Assembly: GCF_006345805.1 (NCBI RefSeq)
Contig: NC_042997.1
Coordinates: 104,098,001 to 104,162,000, forward strand
Origin: Octopus sinensis
Taxonomy: Eukaryota
Length of the DNA stretch: 64,000 nt
Direction: 5' to 3'
Shown: in pieces, positions 26,901-39,811 of the stretch
How the letters are laid out: every line of letters starts with the position of its first letter
Numbering within the stretch: position 1 is the stretch's first letter
Program-made: the position numbers and the translations under genes
The notes under the pieces: generated by a model
What the model was told of the DNA's origin: nothing
The model's database searches: none
The model's input: the letters and a program-made list of their open reading frames with translations, nothing else

Positions 26901-28732
26901 GTTGAAATAAGTCCTTCGTTAGATCCTCTCGTCATTCCATTTAGTATGATAACTCCAGACGATGTGTCATCTTCAACAATTTACAGACAAATTATAATCA
27001 GATGATACGGAAGAAAGTTCTAAACAGTCTGAAAAATAAAATGAAAAATAAAATTAAGCATTTAGTGATTATAAAGTGATAAAATGGTGAAGGCTGACCT
27101 CTTCTCTTGTAGGATCTAAACTACTCTCCGTCTCTTGTGACAAAACGAATGAGCCTCTAGCTGAAGAGTAATTTACTACCATCTGGCTATTGCTTGATTT
27201 TGAGTAATTAGAAAAAAACATTAGTTAGAATCCTTACCCATCTATATGATGGCATCAAGTAGTCAACAGCTGTGGACGAACTTTGCATATAAGGTTACAT
27301 AGAAGGTTTTTTGTCCGAATCTTATTTAACAACACACATACACACATCACATTACATCACATCACAACACTTCACATACATAGAGAATCATATATGTATA
27401 TGTATCTCACCGAGAGAAGTTGGTGAGATACGTGAAGAGCATGGGACATGAAATATGATAATATAAGACAATAACATTATTTCAAAACTATTTTTTTAGT
27501 ATTTTTGAAGTAAACCATTATACCTACTATATCTCGCACAGTGAGATGACTACAACACTTTTCGCTTGATTATGTTGAATTGGCCTCTTCTAACAGGATA
27601 CAATTGAAATTCTGGACTTTTATATAGTGAACATGGCTGCCCGTAAACACACCATATATAATCAATGTTACACGTTATATACATATCAGACATCAACGAA
27701 CAGTTCTCATAAGGCAGCGAGGAAGCCTTCTCGGTTCCATTTGATTTGCATGAGATCCCAATCAAACATCCCTCAAATCACACATTGCCATCTTAAGAAA
27801 GGTTAATATAATGCTAGATAAGCTATAGTTTAACCTTAGATGGGAATTCACAGAAAAACACATTGGAGAATATATAAAATGACGGGATGGCCACATCCGG
27901 AATACCTTTAATGATAGGACTTCTCGAACATGGTTAAGGTGGGGCTAAACAACAACAATAGAACCCTACTACTAACAAACACTATATTTTCGTCCAAGAT
28001 GACAGACACACTATTTTCATTAAAGAGGCTGAACAATAGGTTATGGTTGTGTTTTAGTGGGACTGACTTGCATTCATCTAAATATAAATATTTTAATGTT
28101 AATTTTCTATCGAATGCGAAGAAATGGTAAAGCTAATACCAGTTTTATATAAATTTCATATAATGACCGTCCTAAATAAACAAACATTCTGGCTTCATTT
28201 AACTTGGTTGTTATCGGGACTTTAGATATTCTCTTACTTTATGCTTATTTTACTTTTCATATGTGCGGTGATATCCGAATGAATCATCCAGGGATGAAGC
28301 CTTAGTATTAAGTGTACAAGAGATATTGTCATGTACCTTTCAACTTAAGAATTAGTTCGACCTGTCTGCATGTATACGTGTACTTTAATTATCCATATAT
28401 TTTCCTACCCATGTGTTCTTTATGCCAAACTATCGGGATTCGGTGCTTCAGAGATTGTAGTCAGTTGAGATTCAGTCACTTCAGACGGAAATAGACTTAA
28501 GAAACTTTACCGAAAATGTATCATATCACACTAGCAAGACAACCAAATAAAATTTTAAAATTGCTTCTGACAAAGAGAGGAAAGATTCATATCTGGACTT
28601 TGTTGAAATTAATTAAATTTATCAGCACGAAGGCAATTAATAACGATTTTTGAGTAAAAGCTCTATCTTAAAACGGAGTATTATAAATTAAATTGCACAG
28701 ATCTTAATATATATCTGAATTGTATTACATCA

Positions 28733-28875
28733 AGTGGAGACGCGTGGCTTAGTAGTTAGGGTGTCGAAATCATGATGGTAAGATTGTGGTTTCGATTCCT
28801 GGACCGGGAGCTGCGTTGGATTCATGAGCAAAATAATTCATTTAAAGTTGGTCTAGTCAACTTGCTGGCAAAAAT
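28733..28875 (+). mobile_element. Diverged tRNA-derived SINE head
   Basis: GTGGAGACGCGTGGCTTAGTAGTTAGGG (A-box-like) and GGTTTCGATTCC (B-box-like). Similar to the 31496-31878 head. Confidence 0.55.
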
Positions 28876-28891
28876 AGCATGTACTTACACA

Positions 28892-28928
<37 letters not shown>

Positions 28929-29559
28929 AAACACACACATACATGATATATGTGTATATATATAATGGCAAAGGCGGTCCCCAGAGGATGGCAAGAAATA
29001 TGCGTTGGAACAGTCACTCTGACCCACGAAGATAGCATTTGCGGACAGCCATCTACGCCCCGATAGCGGTGAACAGGGATATGGTCCGGGGGCCAAGAAC
29101 ATCGGAGGTCTCTACTACCACAGGCTTGACCATAAACCTGTCAGAGAGCGACCGCTACCGTGACAGTTTGCTTTAATCAGCCTGTCGACCAGTGGAGCCT
29201 GGATTGGTAGCTGACCACACCAAGTTGCCGCCAGAGACGGTATCACAGCATGTGTCATCTGCGATGAGGGGCCGGCCGCTACGGAACAGGAAAAAAATCT
29301 ACGAATTTGTAACTTATATTTGTTGTTGCATACTTCCCAGCCCAGAATATAACTGTCCAACCCACATAAAGGCTACGCAGTTATGGAGAAATCTGTAATA
29401 TAACGAAAAATTGGACCACAGCTATAATTTTAATGCAACATGTTTAACACAAAAATGTATATGTTTGTACGTGTGTGTTTGTGTGAGGGAATGTGTTTTG
29501 TATGTGTGTGTGCATATATGTACAGGCACATATGTGTGTGTGTACTTATAGGTTTGAAC

Positions 29560-29880
29560 ATAGGTGCAGGTGCGGCTGTATGGTAAGAAGTTTACTGCCC
29601 AACAGCATGGTGCTAGGTCCAGTTTGGCATATTGGACAAGTGTTCTCTACTAAGCACGTCGCATATATGTATCCATCCATCCATCCATCCATCCATCCAT
29701 CCATATATACATACATACATACATACATACATACATACATACATACATACATACATGTGCGCGCACACACATACATATACACACACACATATACATATAC
29801 GTAGACAAACGGGTGTTCTGTTGCCCCGTTAGGTAGCGGTTCGGCAAATGCTACCGACAGAATTAGTACCATTCTTAACA
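29560..29880 (+). mobile_element. SINE family A, partial, with internal (CATC)n(CATA)n
   Basis: Head GGTGCGGCTGTATGGTAAGAAGTTT and downstream GCGGTTCGGCAAA...GACAGAAT. Confidence 0.6.
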
Positions 29881-29961
29881 ATAATACTTTGAAAATGTTA
29901 AGTGTTTCCTATTTTGCTCAGAGTAATACGTTCCCTACTAAAATAATATTAGTGATAAGTT

Positions 29962-30150
29962 TAAAGCGGCGAGCTGTCAGAACGGATAGAGCACTAAGCA
30001 AAATGTTTAGCGGCATTTCGTCCGACTTTACGGCGTAAGTTCAAATTCCACGTAAATCGACTTTACGTATGATCCTTTCGGGGGCTGAAAATTGTTTAAC
30101 TTTTACCTCCTCATCCAAAATTGTTTGCTTTGTACCAAAATCTGAAGCGA
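29962..30150 (+). mobile_element. SINE family B
   Basis: AAGCGGCGAGCTGTCAGAAC...AAATGTTTAGCGGCATTTCGTCC...GTTCAAATTCC. Confidence 0.7.
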
Positions 30151-30267
30151 ATATTAGGGAGAGCTTTTGCTTTCGATTTTACACCGTTATTTATGACTTG
30201 ACGTAAAGATTTTATGACAATAAATTACAAATCGTAAGGTGAAAGATGTGACAGGTATACTCTTCTC

Positions 30268-30483
30268 TTTACTCTTTTACTTATTTCAGTCACTTGACTA
30301 CGGCCATGCTGGAGCACCGTCTTTAGTCGAGCAACACGACCCCAGGACTTATTCTTTGTAAGCCCAGTACTTATTCTATCGGTCTCTTTTGCCGAACCGC
30401 TAGGTGACGGAGACATAAACACACCAGCATCGGTTGTCAAGCAATGCTAGGGGGACAAACACGGACACACAAACAAAACGGAC

Positions 30484-30514
<31 letters not shown>

Positions 30515-30690
30515 TACGACGGGCTTCTTTCAGTTTCCGTCTACCAAATCCTCTCACAAGGCTTTAGTCGGCCTGTCGGCCCGAGGCTATAGTACAAGAC
30601 ACTTGCCCAATGTGCCACGCAGTGGGACCGAACTCGGAACCATGTGGTTGGTAAGCAAGCTACTTACCACACAGCAACTCCTTCGCCTAT
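30268..30690 (-). mobile_element. SINE family A, well preserved
   Basis: The minus strand has a tRNA-like head, CORE-like TTGGGCAAGTGTCTT, internal (TA)n and tail TGACTGAAATAAGTAAAAGAGTAAAGAG. Confidence 0.85.
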
Positions 30691-31495
30691 GAGTATATAA
30701 GAAAAAAAATATAGTTTTCAAGGATGTCCGATTTAAAACTTCACCTTCTAAATTTACATTTTCTCAATTAATAGACACCTTAGAAAAGATGCCTTGTCAA
30801 AAATATTTTGTATTTCATGTCTCCCCAGTAACCGTGCCCCAGTGGTATAGTCTCCAGGAAAACCGCTGGTTTTCCGCAGATGCTGCTCGCGAATATCAGC
30901 ACCCAGAATCTGATAACATAACACATGATATTAAATATTAAGATAAACGTGTTTTCATTAGAATTAAAGAAGTCATAATCATAAAGCGCTGCCAAATATT
31001 ATTTATTGTTGATTATCTGTTAATTCAATACTAAAATGTTAGACTACTGGCGTATCATATGATTAAAGATAACATTCGACGCTAGCTTAGAGTAAAAAGA
31101 GAAAATAAACATCGTCTGGAGATGCCAACATTGACTAAATTATTTCGACGGTTGTATCGATCAATCACACAAAATCAATTATTTTATATTTTCCTCCTTT
31201 TGTATGAATTTTTCTTTTGTAATACGATGAATAGCTAATTAATTATTCTATTCATATGCTTTAAAATGAATATGTAATATTTCATTATGTGCTATTATAT
31301 GGTGAAGGACAAAACATAACGTACGACCCAACGAATATTTATATTAACAAACTCATAAAAAAAAACCCCGCTCAGTTAAAGCTTATATGAATATATAGAC
31401 ATTAGAATATTTATTCATACATAAACATCTAAATACATACACAACGCCACACATAAATTTGTTGTGTGTATTTATTCTGTTCATGTATGTATATA

Positions 31496-31878
31496 CGGGA
31501 AGCACTCCGTCGGTTACGACGACGAGGGTTCCGGTTGATCCGATCAACGGAACAGCCTGCTCGTGAAATTAGCGTGTAAGTGGCTGAGCACTCCACAGAC
31601 ACGTGTACCCTTAACGTAGTTCTCGGGGATATTCAGCGTGACACAGAGAGTGACAAGGCCGGCCCTTTGAAATACAGGTACAACAGAAACAAGAAGTAAG
31701 AGTGAGAGAAAGTTGTGGTGAAGAGTACAGCAGGGATCACCACCATCCCTGCCGGAGCCTCGTGGAGCTCTAGGTGTTTTCGCTCAATAAACACTCACAA
31801 CGCCCGGTCTGGGAATCGAAACCGCGATCCTACGACCGCGAGTCCGCTGCCCTAACCACTGGGCCATTGCGCCTCCAC
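31496..31878 (-). mobile_element. Young tRNA-derived SINE family C with a 12-bp target-site duplication
   Basis: Head GTGGAGGCGCAATGGCCCAGTGG (A box) and GGTTTCGATTCC (B box). TGTATGTATATA occurs at 31484-31495 and 31879-31890. Confidence 0.85.
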
Positions 31879-31919
31879 TGTATGTATATATGATTATGTA
31901 TGCATACACACATACATAC

Positions 31920-32034
31920 AATTCAAATTTACAGAAAAACAAATGACGAAGACAGGTATGAGAACAACAAGCCAGTATATTAGTTTGACGCTCGGGAGAA
32001 ATGGAAAAGTATTTTACGTTTCGAGCCTACGCTC
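31920..32034 (-). repeat. Short hammerhead-like repeat (second copy of 23474-23595)
   Basis: GAGCGTAGGCTCGAAACGTAAAA...CCTGTCTTCGTC is shared between the copies. Confidence 0.7.
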
Positions 32035-32639
32035 ACCGAAAGAAAGAAATAAGAGGGAAATATTGAAAAATTAAAACTGAGTGAGATAAAAACAGTTTAG
32101 AGTTCAGCAGTCCAGCATGGCATGTATATAATATAAACTATCATACATGTATATATAAGCATATATATACATATATATATACATGTATGTATGCGCATAT
32201 TATATATATGTATATATATTACGCGCTTATGTACTTAAGAAGTTCACTTCATATACTTCATATATGTTGTATACGCGCTCATATGTATATATATATGTCT
32301 ATGTGTGTACGTACACGCATATGTGTGTGTACGAATACATACATGCGTGTTTTTGTATGTGCGTGTATGTGTGTGTGTATATGTGTGTGCTCGTACATTA
32401 TATATATACAAGGTGCATTCCAGAATTTTAGAGATTTGTTAGGAGAGACATATATTCCTTTCTATTATAAGCACAAGGCTTGAAAATTCAGGAAGGGTCC
32501 AGTCGATCAGATCGACCCAGAAAGAAAGGAATAAGAGGTATAAGATTGAAAAAAATAAAACTGAGTGAGAAAAAACAGTGTAGAGTTTAGCGGTCCAACA
32601 CGGCATGTATATAATATACACATACATGCATATATAAGA

Positions 32640-33950
32640 ATTTTTTGCGCAATGAGATAAAGACCAAGGCTGTATAGGTATTAGGGCATTTATAGATAGA
32701 AGGTCTTACGGCTGTTTCTAGGATATTTAATAATAATATCCCTTCATCGGAGACGGTGTGAGAGGAAAAGTTAAGTCATAGTTAGTTTCGATGTGATACA
32801 AATAGAGAGTGACTGTAACTTAATTTATTGACCCCGTAAAGATGAAAGTCGATCTCGGCGGAATTTGAACTCAGAACGTAGCGGCGGACGAAATAACATT
32901 AAGCATTTCCTTAATTTGGAATTCCTGAGTTCGTGGATGTTGAGTTGTAGGGCACGTTTAAAGCCTATATCAATTAATGATGGCGAGTAGTTCTTGTTAC
33001 TGAGTGTATCCTGTAGTTCATGTAATCGTCTGTCCCTGATGCTTGCATTAGAAACTATAGTACAAATCCTTTTTGCTAGGTTGAAAGGGATAATCATTCT
33101 AGTGTGTCTGGGATGGCATGAGTTGAACGGTAGATTTTGCTTGGAGTCCATGGGCTTATAGTATATATATATCTGTTTCTATTCGGTTGTTAGATTTCTT
33201 AATGGGGATGTCGAAGAATGGAAGTTGTTGATGGCTATATTCCATCGTAAATTGAATGTTTACGTCAAGTCCATTCATAAGTACTTGACATTCTTTAAGC
33301 CTCTCTATACTTTCATGCCAGTAGGGTGTTTTTGTTTAGTGTTTTAGGGAGGTGATTGAGCGTATCTAGGTCGTCCATTATGTAGCTTTTGATATACTTG
33401 AGGAATGGCATTAAGATGGTATATAAAAGTTACTGATGCGGTGGATTCGCATGCGAGACCTACTATTATAAGTCTTAATCTGAGGTCATTGGGAGTAGGG
33501 ACCTTGATTACTATGTCTGTGGCCATCCTGCATGCGTTACTTATTTTCTCACTTTTGTGTACCTTGGGAATACCGTAGAAGTGACTGGATTTATTTTTGA
33601 AGTTGGACGTATAATCGTATTCCTTGTCGGTGAGCCCTTCACTGTATAGGTTTAACATGGATTTTAGGTTTCTCGTTATTTTCTACTAACTGTAGTGTTG
33701 GACCATTTCATCATATGTTGTGTCTTCTAATATGGATTGTACTAGAGTTATATAGTATACCGTGTCCATTAAGACAACTGCGCTACATGTATCAACCTTT
33801 TTGATTGCTATTGTCTTATCATCTTTTGATTTGTTCAGCTCAGCCCATTTTTTTTTTTTTTGCTGAAGTTTGGCTTGTGCTTCGGAGAACCTAATATATG
33901 TATTAACTTGCTCTGGGTGCCGAAAGCAATGCATAAGCCAAATTAAAAAC
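32640..33950 (-). mobile_element. Penelope-like element fragment (RT plus thumb), interrupted by a SINE at about 32813-32910
   Basis: KDDKTIAIKKVDTCSAVVLMD (KADKG-like), HFYGIPKVHKS...RLIIVG (FYGLPKIHK/RPI-like) and DSKQNLPFNSCHPRHT..IPFNLAKRICTIVS (SCHP motif). A hammerhead relic lies at 32703-32754. Confidence 0.85.
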
Positions 33951-34350
33951 AGTCTACGTCAAAGGATGGCTCTACATAGATCCCAGATCAAAATTCGGGA
34001 ATACAGAAAAAATAGCATTCAGCGAACACATAGACATTTGCGCCAATAACAAACAACCCAGCTTCAGAAATTTTTCCCCTCTATAAATTCAGGGACAGTG
34101 CAACCTGTTGTCAGCGCATTAGTAAAGAGTTATATTTTATCACAAAATATAAACCTCTTTTGAATGTGACCACCTTAGAATAATACCCACGCAAATACTA
34201 AAAACGATATATCTAGAACAGTCACTACCCATGAATTTATTCAGAACAATTCCAATCGCTACTATTACAACCACAACGGGCCACTTTTAAGTCACTTGAC
34301 CATTTAAGAGTATACCGCCAGCATCCTACAACCGTCATACCACTCACGCA

Positions 34351-34497
34351 TTCTTCTTCTTCTTCTTCTTCTTCTTCTTCTTCTTCTTCTTCTTCTTCTT
34401 CTTCTTCTTCTTCTTCTTCTTCTTCTTCTTCTTCTTCTTCTTCTTCTTCTTCTTCTTCTTCTTCTTCTTCTTCTTCTTCTTTTTCTTCTTCTTCTTC
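34351..34497. repeat. Long (TTC)n / (GAA)n tract, about 48 units with one interruption
   Basis: Directly visible. Confidence 0.95.
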
Positions 34498-35002
34498 TCC
34501 TACTCCTTTCTCAACTACTACTGCTGCTTAAACAATCAAAAACAAGAACTCATATCAAATATTAGGACCACTTCTACTACTACCTGCTACCAAGACGACA
34601 CATGAGTAAAAAAGAGAGATGAGACAGACAGAAAAAAGGAAAATGCCCCTTGCATTTGAAAACTATGGAAATATTTTTAAAAAACATTTCACTTAATTTT
34701 TCTACAATTTAATTGTTTTTCCTGCTTTACTCCAAGTGCAAAAAGTCGCAAAGACCGAAATCGATACTACAACGTTCTTCATGATAAAATTATTTTAGCA
34801 TTTTCTACCTCGTCTTATTTTCTTTATACTTATCAACTCGGGTGTTCCTTTTCCACCTTCTACACACACACACACACACACATATTATATATACACCTAT
34901 ATATATACACTTATTTATGGGTGTATACAATTCATACATATGTGAAAGTACACACATAAACATATACACGCACACACATATAGATATGAGATGTATTAGT
35001 GC

Positions 35003-35094
<92 letters not shown>

Positions 35095-35979
35095 TTATGT
35101 ATGCTACACTGAGTTATTGACTTCGCTGTTTTCCTTCGCGATTAATCGTTGAAGTGTCTGAAGCACTTAAAAAGCAACAACGCCATCATCAATATCAACC
35201 ACAAGGACAACCGAATATGAACAATAGAGAATTAATAACGTATTATTGTTTAAAATAATGTATTAGTGCAGTGATAACTATGAACTGAGAAAAGGTGCAA
35301 TAGTGATTAATGTAGTGAATCACTTGGAAGTGATGTTAATGCATGTTTAACATTGTATTGATTTGAGTTCACTTCCGAGTACTTACAGTAAGTAAATCGA
35401 CTGCATGAATTCTGCGTTTTACAGCTTGATGATTTCTTCCCACGGAACATTCTCATGAGTGAATCATGTGCAAAGTTTCAGCAATCACATACAATAACTA
35501 CTTACTTTATTTATCACAGCTGAAATGTAAAGAATATTTAGATATGTCTTAGACGGAACTGGTTAAAGTGATAAAAAAAAAATGGCGCCCTGTATTTAGT
35601 TAGCATTCAGGTGTGATAATTTCAGATCGATAAAATGCTGAATAACAATTACGAAACTGAATAAAAGCGGTGTGTGATTTGAATAAGAAAAAAAATATTT
35701 CTGAACCAGAAGAATGAGGACGGGGCATAAGGAAGGTATAAACCCCACAAAAAATTATGTTCTTTTTACGGTGGAGAAATATTTATATTGGTGTGGGCAA
35801 TAAAGTGAATGTGATTTCTTTTAGTATAAATATGAATTCATTATGTGCACTTAGTGTCGAAATACATATCAATAATCAGTAATGTTATAACCAGGGACTT
35901 AAACCCCATGACTAACCGGAAGACATCTAACTACATGAAAGCTGTCCCTTTCTTTCTTTCTTTCTCCCTCCCACTCTAC

Positions 35980-36104
<125 letters not shown>

Positions 36105-36293
36105 TATAATGGTCATATGCATGTATATGCATATATACGCATTGAGTCGATCCAGGGACAGCTGATGAAGGGGAATATTCCTTGTATTGTTTGTCTTGTA
36201 CTCTAGTTTTTCGTTGTTAAAAAAGTCCGTTTCCTAGTTGTTTTTATGTTTTCGTTTCTCGTTGTGTTCTACGTTTATTTGTGGTGTCCTGTA

Positions 36294-36407
<114 letters not shown>

Positions 36408-36494
36408 TGTATATATACATGTAGATGTAGGTACGTACATATATGTATGTATGTATGCATATATTTTATTTATTACATTATATATATATTATAT

Positions 36495-36542
<48 letters not shown>

Positions 36543-37479
36543 TATATACATATGTATGTTTGTATATTCATATAGTTTTGCTGGTCTTTCCCTGAATTGC
36601 CAACAAATTTAAAAGTGATCTCCAAATATGATTCAAAAATGAAGTTTTTCTGGAAAGAGCCATTCTTTGTGGATGCTGATGAAGTCAATTGAAGTGTACA
36701 TTCCAGTTTTGTTCATTTTTAATTGCAGGTCGTTCCCGATGAAGTGCGTCTATATTCTTTGTTCTATACGTCACCGACCCGTCCTTTTATGTCTAAGCGA
36801 TTCAAAATATCCTTATTTTAAAGGCAAAGATATATAATCACATGCAAAATGCTAAAATATATCGCTAGCATTTTACATGAAGTGATTCTACTATATCTAC
36901 CGATCGCGTCGAGGTTATGTTTGTCTTAAGCAATAACTTTATAATCATTTTTGAAATATAGTATTGCAGATTCTATTGGGAATATTAATATTGACTGAGC
37001 AGTGTCGCACTACGTAGCAGCCGCTAAAATTCTGTTTTACTCCTAGCACAATCTACGTAGTATGTAGAGAAAGGAGAATTTGTGCTATTAAAGACAGAGA
37101 ATGAAAACCATGGGTCCGGAGACTGAGGTTGCAATGGGTGCGAGCTCACTTTTTAAAAACTGCTTGCGAGTATAGGATCAAAATTTGTAATTTGCATGCT
37201 CACTTACTTTTCTTAGCGCTTAGAAAGCGATCTGTAAAACATAGCTTGAAATTAGTTTTCTTCTCAAATAATAAAGGACATAAACACAGAAAGCAATGAG
37301 ACCTTGTTTGTTAAACATTTTGATCCTAGGTTTGTATCCCCTAAGCAAATTTCGTTCCTAAGCCATTGATGAAAACAGAGCAGAACAAACTTGATTTAAA
37401 AGATAAAACTTAGCTACGCTATACTAATAGGAACCACTAAAGACAAAGCATGAAATATTAGTTGATCACTTCAATTACT

Positions 37480-37735
37480 TTTAAGGCGAATAACAATATT
37501 GGTTTCAAATTTAAGCACAATATCACCGGTTTTGAGGGGAGGGGAGGGGAGGTCCATACCGTCGACCTAAACACTTGACTGGCACTTTGTTTTATCAACT
37601 TTGAAATGTAAAATATGACTTGGGTGGGTTTGAACTCCGAACTTAAAGGAACGGAGCATGAATAGTGCGAAGCACTTTTCTCGAAGCCCTGACAGTTCTG
37701 CCAATTACCTCCATCCCAATTCACCTCCATAAAGT
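37480..37735 (-). mobile_element. SINE family B, diverged
   Basis: TTTATCAAC...TTTGAACTCCGAAC...AGTTCTGCCAATTACCTCC. Confidence 0.6.
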
Positions 37736-37751
37736 TTCTATCATATATAGG

Positions 37752-38217
37752 CACAGGTGTGGCTGTGTGGTTTGAAGTTTGCTTCCCAAGCAGATGATTC
37801 TGGGTTCAGTCCCACAGCATAGCACCTTGGGAAAGTAACTACTATAACCCCGGGACGACCAAAGCATCGTGAGTGGATTTGGTAGATTGGAACTGAAAGA
37901 ATTCTGTCGTATATATGTGTGTTTATGTGTGTGTGCATGTGTGTGATATATGTGTGTGTATGTGATGTGTGTGCATGTGAACTGTGTGTGTATGTATGTT
38001 CGTGCATTAGTGTCTTTGTGCCTACATTTTCCCCACACACACCGCTCGACAACCGGCGTTGTTTTGTTTAGGTCTCCGTAAATTAGCAGCTAGACAAAAG
38101 AAACCGATAAAATAAATACTGAGGTCAAATCGTTCGATTAAAAATTCTTCAATGCGGTGCCCCAGCACGACCGCACAGTCTAATGGCAGGCTGAAACAAG
38201 TAACAGATAAAAGATTA
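37752..38217 (+). mobile_element. SINE family A with internal (TG)n
   Basis: GGCACAGGTGTGGCTGTGTGG...CACCTTGGGAAAG...GAGTGGATTTGGTAGA...CTGAAACAAGTAACAGATAAAAG. Confidence 0.8.
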
Positions 38218-39558
38218 AAGATAATCCCAACGCAAATGATGATCTGGCCCAATGATTTCGAAATACAAGGCCCACCCAAACATTACAATAGTGCAGACAT
38301 TAGAGAGAACGGTTTAGCTTATTTTAACTTTGATACCTTATGATTTCCTGTTCACTTGTAGCTCAGGTTGGTGGAATACATTGTTATAACCACTTTATAA
38401 TACAGCCATCCTCATTTGCTGTAAATGGTCTCCCTTTGCTTAAAATGGTCTCTAGCTACACATTTATACGAAACATTCTTTACGCAAATTTTAGATTTAG
38501 TTTACGTCAATACGTTAATAAGGTTATCGAGAAAAAGAGAAATATGCCTCTATCAGAAACCTATCTTCTAGCGAAATCGATGAATATATGTGAATATTAG
38601 AAACTAATACTCTTCGTATTTCTTGTCATATTCTTTATAAATCTCAACCCATTCAGCTTCATAATATTCTACTTCTCACTTAATGTCTGTCTGTGTGTTG
38701 CATTGACTTTTTTTATGTTATATTATATGCCTGCTAATGTGTCACCCCCTCTTCTTTTCAGTACTATCATCGTAAAACTGTTTTATTATCGTGTATGTGT
38801 ATGTATGAATGTATGTATGCATGTATATATATATATATATATATGTATATGTTTATATACATATATATATGTGTGTGTGTGTGAGTGTATTTATACATAT
38901 ATGTGCATGTATATATATATGTATGAATACATATCTATCTATACACATATAATATGTGTGTGTATGTATACACATATACATGAATGCATACATATATTCC
39001 CACACATATTGCAACAATAAACACTTTATATTTCCTCCCAATTTTCTCAATTCCCTGCTCATAAAGCATAATTTTCTGTAGAGAAAGGATATAAAGATGG
39101 AAAAGGAGAACAAATTCAGTTAAATAGACAGAAGATTTTACATTGAATCACTGCTTCAAATAAAACTGTTGGCCAAATATAATCTGCTGACACATTCATT
39201 GAAATAATTCGAGTAAATATCTTTGCTAATTAAGTTTACATCGCAAGCTTTGTGAAGAGGATAACAAAACAGGTGATAGTGAGTAGAAATAAAATGAAAT
39301 GAATAAACGAATAAACTTATCATCAAAACAAAAGAAAACAAATAAACAAACAAACAAAAAAGCAATACACTATATCTGCTTTTTCTCTTCCCTTTTAAAA
39401 ATACAATTATTTTAGCAGCCATCTTCCTGACGATCATAATCATCATCATCATCAGCAGCAGCAGTAACAGTAACATGATGCCATGCTTCACAGGGAGATA
39501 TTGCTGATGTTCATACTGTTTTAATGATATTCAAGACTGAAATGAAATATTTATTATC

Positions 39559-39608
<50 letters not shown>

Positions 39609-39811
39609 CTTTTCTTTATTATTGCTACAAGGGCAATATATAAGGGGACATTAGAAAAACAAGTTTGACAGTGGGTAGAAGTTTTGCAGAACTAGGAAAG
39701 AAAAGAGTAGTTATGAAAAAACAACAGTACAAAAGAAATTAAGAACAACTCTTCTTAGTTTGCAGACAACTTAGTGAAGGAAGCTCCAAAGATACAGAAT
39801 TACACTGAATA

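Noticed and set aside
31800-31878. tRNA gene
   Set aside because: The A/B boxes belong to a SINE head that runs into a SINE body with a TSD. There is no complete cloverleaf or poly-T terminator. The same applies to the other SINE heads.
36559-36840. Possible exons ([11 protein letters not shown]... and after TTGCAG at 36728)
   Set aside because: Acceptor-like sites are present, but there is no matching donor or recognisable protein. Such pseudo-exons are expected by chance.
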